DNA of 63,805 nucleotides, counting the filler, from Octopus bimaculoides (Eukaryota), in assembly GCF_001194135.2 (NCBI RefSeq). It is 8 parts of 8 records of this genome, joined end to end, with 100 filler letters (N's around TTAATTAATTAA, not from the genome) between each part and the next. Parts side by side here need not be neighbours in the genome. Positions count along the whole stretch, not along the records: positions 58,268 to 62,568 come from NC_068996.1; positions 62,669 to 63,805 come from NW_026300929.1; 6 more parts are not named here. One strand, written 5' to 3'. The notes below the pieces were generated by a model. The model had not been told where the DNA came from, did not search any database, and was given only the letters and a program-made list of their open reading frames with translations. Shown here piece by piece: positions 61,568 to 63,805 of the stretch; position 1 is the stretch's first letter; each line of letters begins with the position of its first letter. The position numbers and the translations under genes were made by a program.

Positions 61568-62345
61568 CACATGCATAAATATATATGCCACATATGTCTA
61601 TGTTTATGCACATGTAGGCACATATGCATATGTACATTTATATATGTGTATATATGTGTGTATATATATNNNNNNNNNNNNNNNNNNNNNNNNNNNNNNN
61701 NNNNNNNNNNNNNNNNNNNNNNNNNNNNNNNNNNNNNNNNNNNNNNNNNNNNNNNNNNNNNNNNNNNNNNNNNNNNNNNNNNNNNNNNNNNNNNNNNNNN
61801 NNNNNNNNNNNNNNNNNNNNNNNNNNNNNNNNNNNNNNNNNNNNNNNNNNNNNNNNNNNNNNNNNNNNNNNNNNNNNNNNNNNNNNNNNNNNNNNNNNNN
61901 NNNNNNNNNNNNNNNNNNNNNNNNNNNNNNNNNNNNNNNNNNNNNNNNNNNNNNNNNNNNNNNNNNNNNNNNNNNNNNNNNNNNNNNNNNNNNNNNNNNN
62001 NNNNNNNNNNNNNNNNNNNNNNNNNNNNNNNNNNNNNNNNNNNNATATATATATATATACATACATACATACTTATATATACACACACATATATATTATA
62101 TATATATATATATATGTGTATGTATACACACACATTCACACACACACATCATTTTTCCCTCTCTCTCACTGACCCTCTAATCCCCGCCCCCTTTTCTTCC
62201 GATCTGTTTCTCTCTTTTTGGTTATGCATATATTTCGTTCTATGAAAATGTGAGCGCATACATGTGTATGCATGTGCATATGTATGAGATCACCTACATA
62301 TATGCTTATATGCATATGTGAATATATGTACGCAGATATGTATGC

Positions 62346-62378
<33 letters not shown>

Positions 62379-62512
62379 TGTATGTATGTAGGTTTGTATG
62401 TATGTATTTACGCACGTATACATGTAGGAATATATGCATATATGGGTATGTTAGCGTTTACAGGTATGTAAATATATATTGCATGTTGTGTGTGTAAGCA
62501 TGTGTGTATACG

Positions 62513-62568
<56 letters not shown>

Positions 62569-63019
62569 NNNNNNNNNNNNNNNNNNNNNNNNNNNNNNNN
62601 NNNNNNNNNNNNTTAATTAATTAANNNNNNNNNNNNNNNNNNNNNNNNNNNNNNNNNNNNNNNNNNNNGCGGAGGCGGCGGAGGCGGCGGGGAACAACAT
62701 TCGTGGGGAACAACTAGTATTCGATTCTGAGAATTATATTTATTTAGCGGCCTATACTAATGAGAGACAGATATTTTCGGTAAGAAAATGTTAATTTCGA
62801 AACTAGTTTACAGATAACTGTATATATTTATGTAATTTTCTCTTATTTTGCCCGTATACGTTTCTGTTACTTCTCTAAATTTCCTTTGAGAACAATTCGG
62901 TCTTAGTAGACACATTACATGTGATCTTCTTCTAGCACATTAACAGTCCACCTAGTGGTCTCCTTTTTATATATACATATACATATACATATATATATGT
63001 ATGTATGTATGTATGTATA

Positions 63020-63190
63020 TACGACGGGCTTCTTTCGGTTTCCGTTTACCAAATCCAAATCCACTCACAAGGCTTCAGTCGGCCCGAAGCTATAGTAGAA
63101 GACACATGTCTAAAGTACCACACAGTGAGGCTGAACTTGAAAGCATGTGGTTGGGAAGCAAACTTCTTAACCACACAGCTACGCATGCGC
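63020..63190 (-). mobile_element. SINE family B 5' half, diverged
   Basis: GTTTCCGTTTACCAAATCC..TATAGTAGAAGACAC..ACCACACAGC. Confidence 0.8.
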
Positions 63191-63469
63191 TAGCAATTTT
63201 AAAACAATTCCTAATAATATTCAATTATATTAGGACAAATAGTGTTGTTGTTTTTTTAATATAGAATGGCTACGAATAAAATAAAATAGGGGCCAAAATA
63301 AATAAAATAAAATAAAATACGTAGGTAAAAGAAAAAGGGTAAGGAAGGGCAAAATGGGTGATTGTATTTGTAGAAGCCCTTTAACAAGACGGGAGAGTCC
63401 TGGTTGGAACGCCTTTCAGCATAGGACTCCATGATTCCGATTTAAGAGTCCGATTTAAGGTTAAAATCT

Positions 63470-63805
63470 CCGACACCACCATCCTCGCCACCACCGCCAC
63501 AACAACAGCAACAGCAATAACAGCAACACAACAGCACTACAACTGCTTCCGAGACCACGAATACTAGCGCCTGTACAACTGTCATTAATGCCTCCTTATT
63601 ACCAGTAATACTACCAACAGACATCACCACCACCACCACCACCATTACCAACACCACTATCACCATCACTACCACTACCACCATTACCACCACAACCATC
63701 AAACTACACCAGCACAATCACTACCACCACAACCACAACCACAACCGCAACAATATTTGCCACCACTACGACGTATACCACTACCAACGTAATAACCATC
63801 CCCAC
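63470..63805. repeat. (CAC/CAA/TAC)n low-complexity tract
   Basis: Direct. Confidence 0.85.

Overview
AT-rich, microsatellite-dense, gap-ridden eukaryotic scaffold. It is most likely octopus; this is inferred from the SINE families and repeat landscape, not checked by search. No intact protein-coding gene can be supported, and most long ORFs in the track are microsatellite or N-gap artefacts. The window is mostly transposable-element remnants: at least four tRNA-derived SINE families (about 25 copies), a Tc1 remnant, and non-LTR remnants of the Tx1/L1, Jockey/CR1-like, RTE, Hero, R4/Dong and Penelope-like groups. The strongest observations are three. (1) An inverted pair of short Penelope-like copies (39264-40111) carries type I hammerhead ribozyme motifs whose 10-bp helix II differs between the copies by a compensatory base-pair change. 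(2) A complete ~1.94 kb ORF1-only, HAL1-like retroelement (29047-30989) has a perfect 16-bp target-site duplication, sits head-to-tail with a related element, and shares its 3' tail with a SINE family. (3) A cluster of (TAA)n-anchored R4/Dong insertions occurs, two of them in SINE tails. Several hairpin and fold-back structures are also reported.
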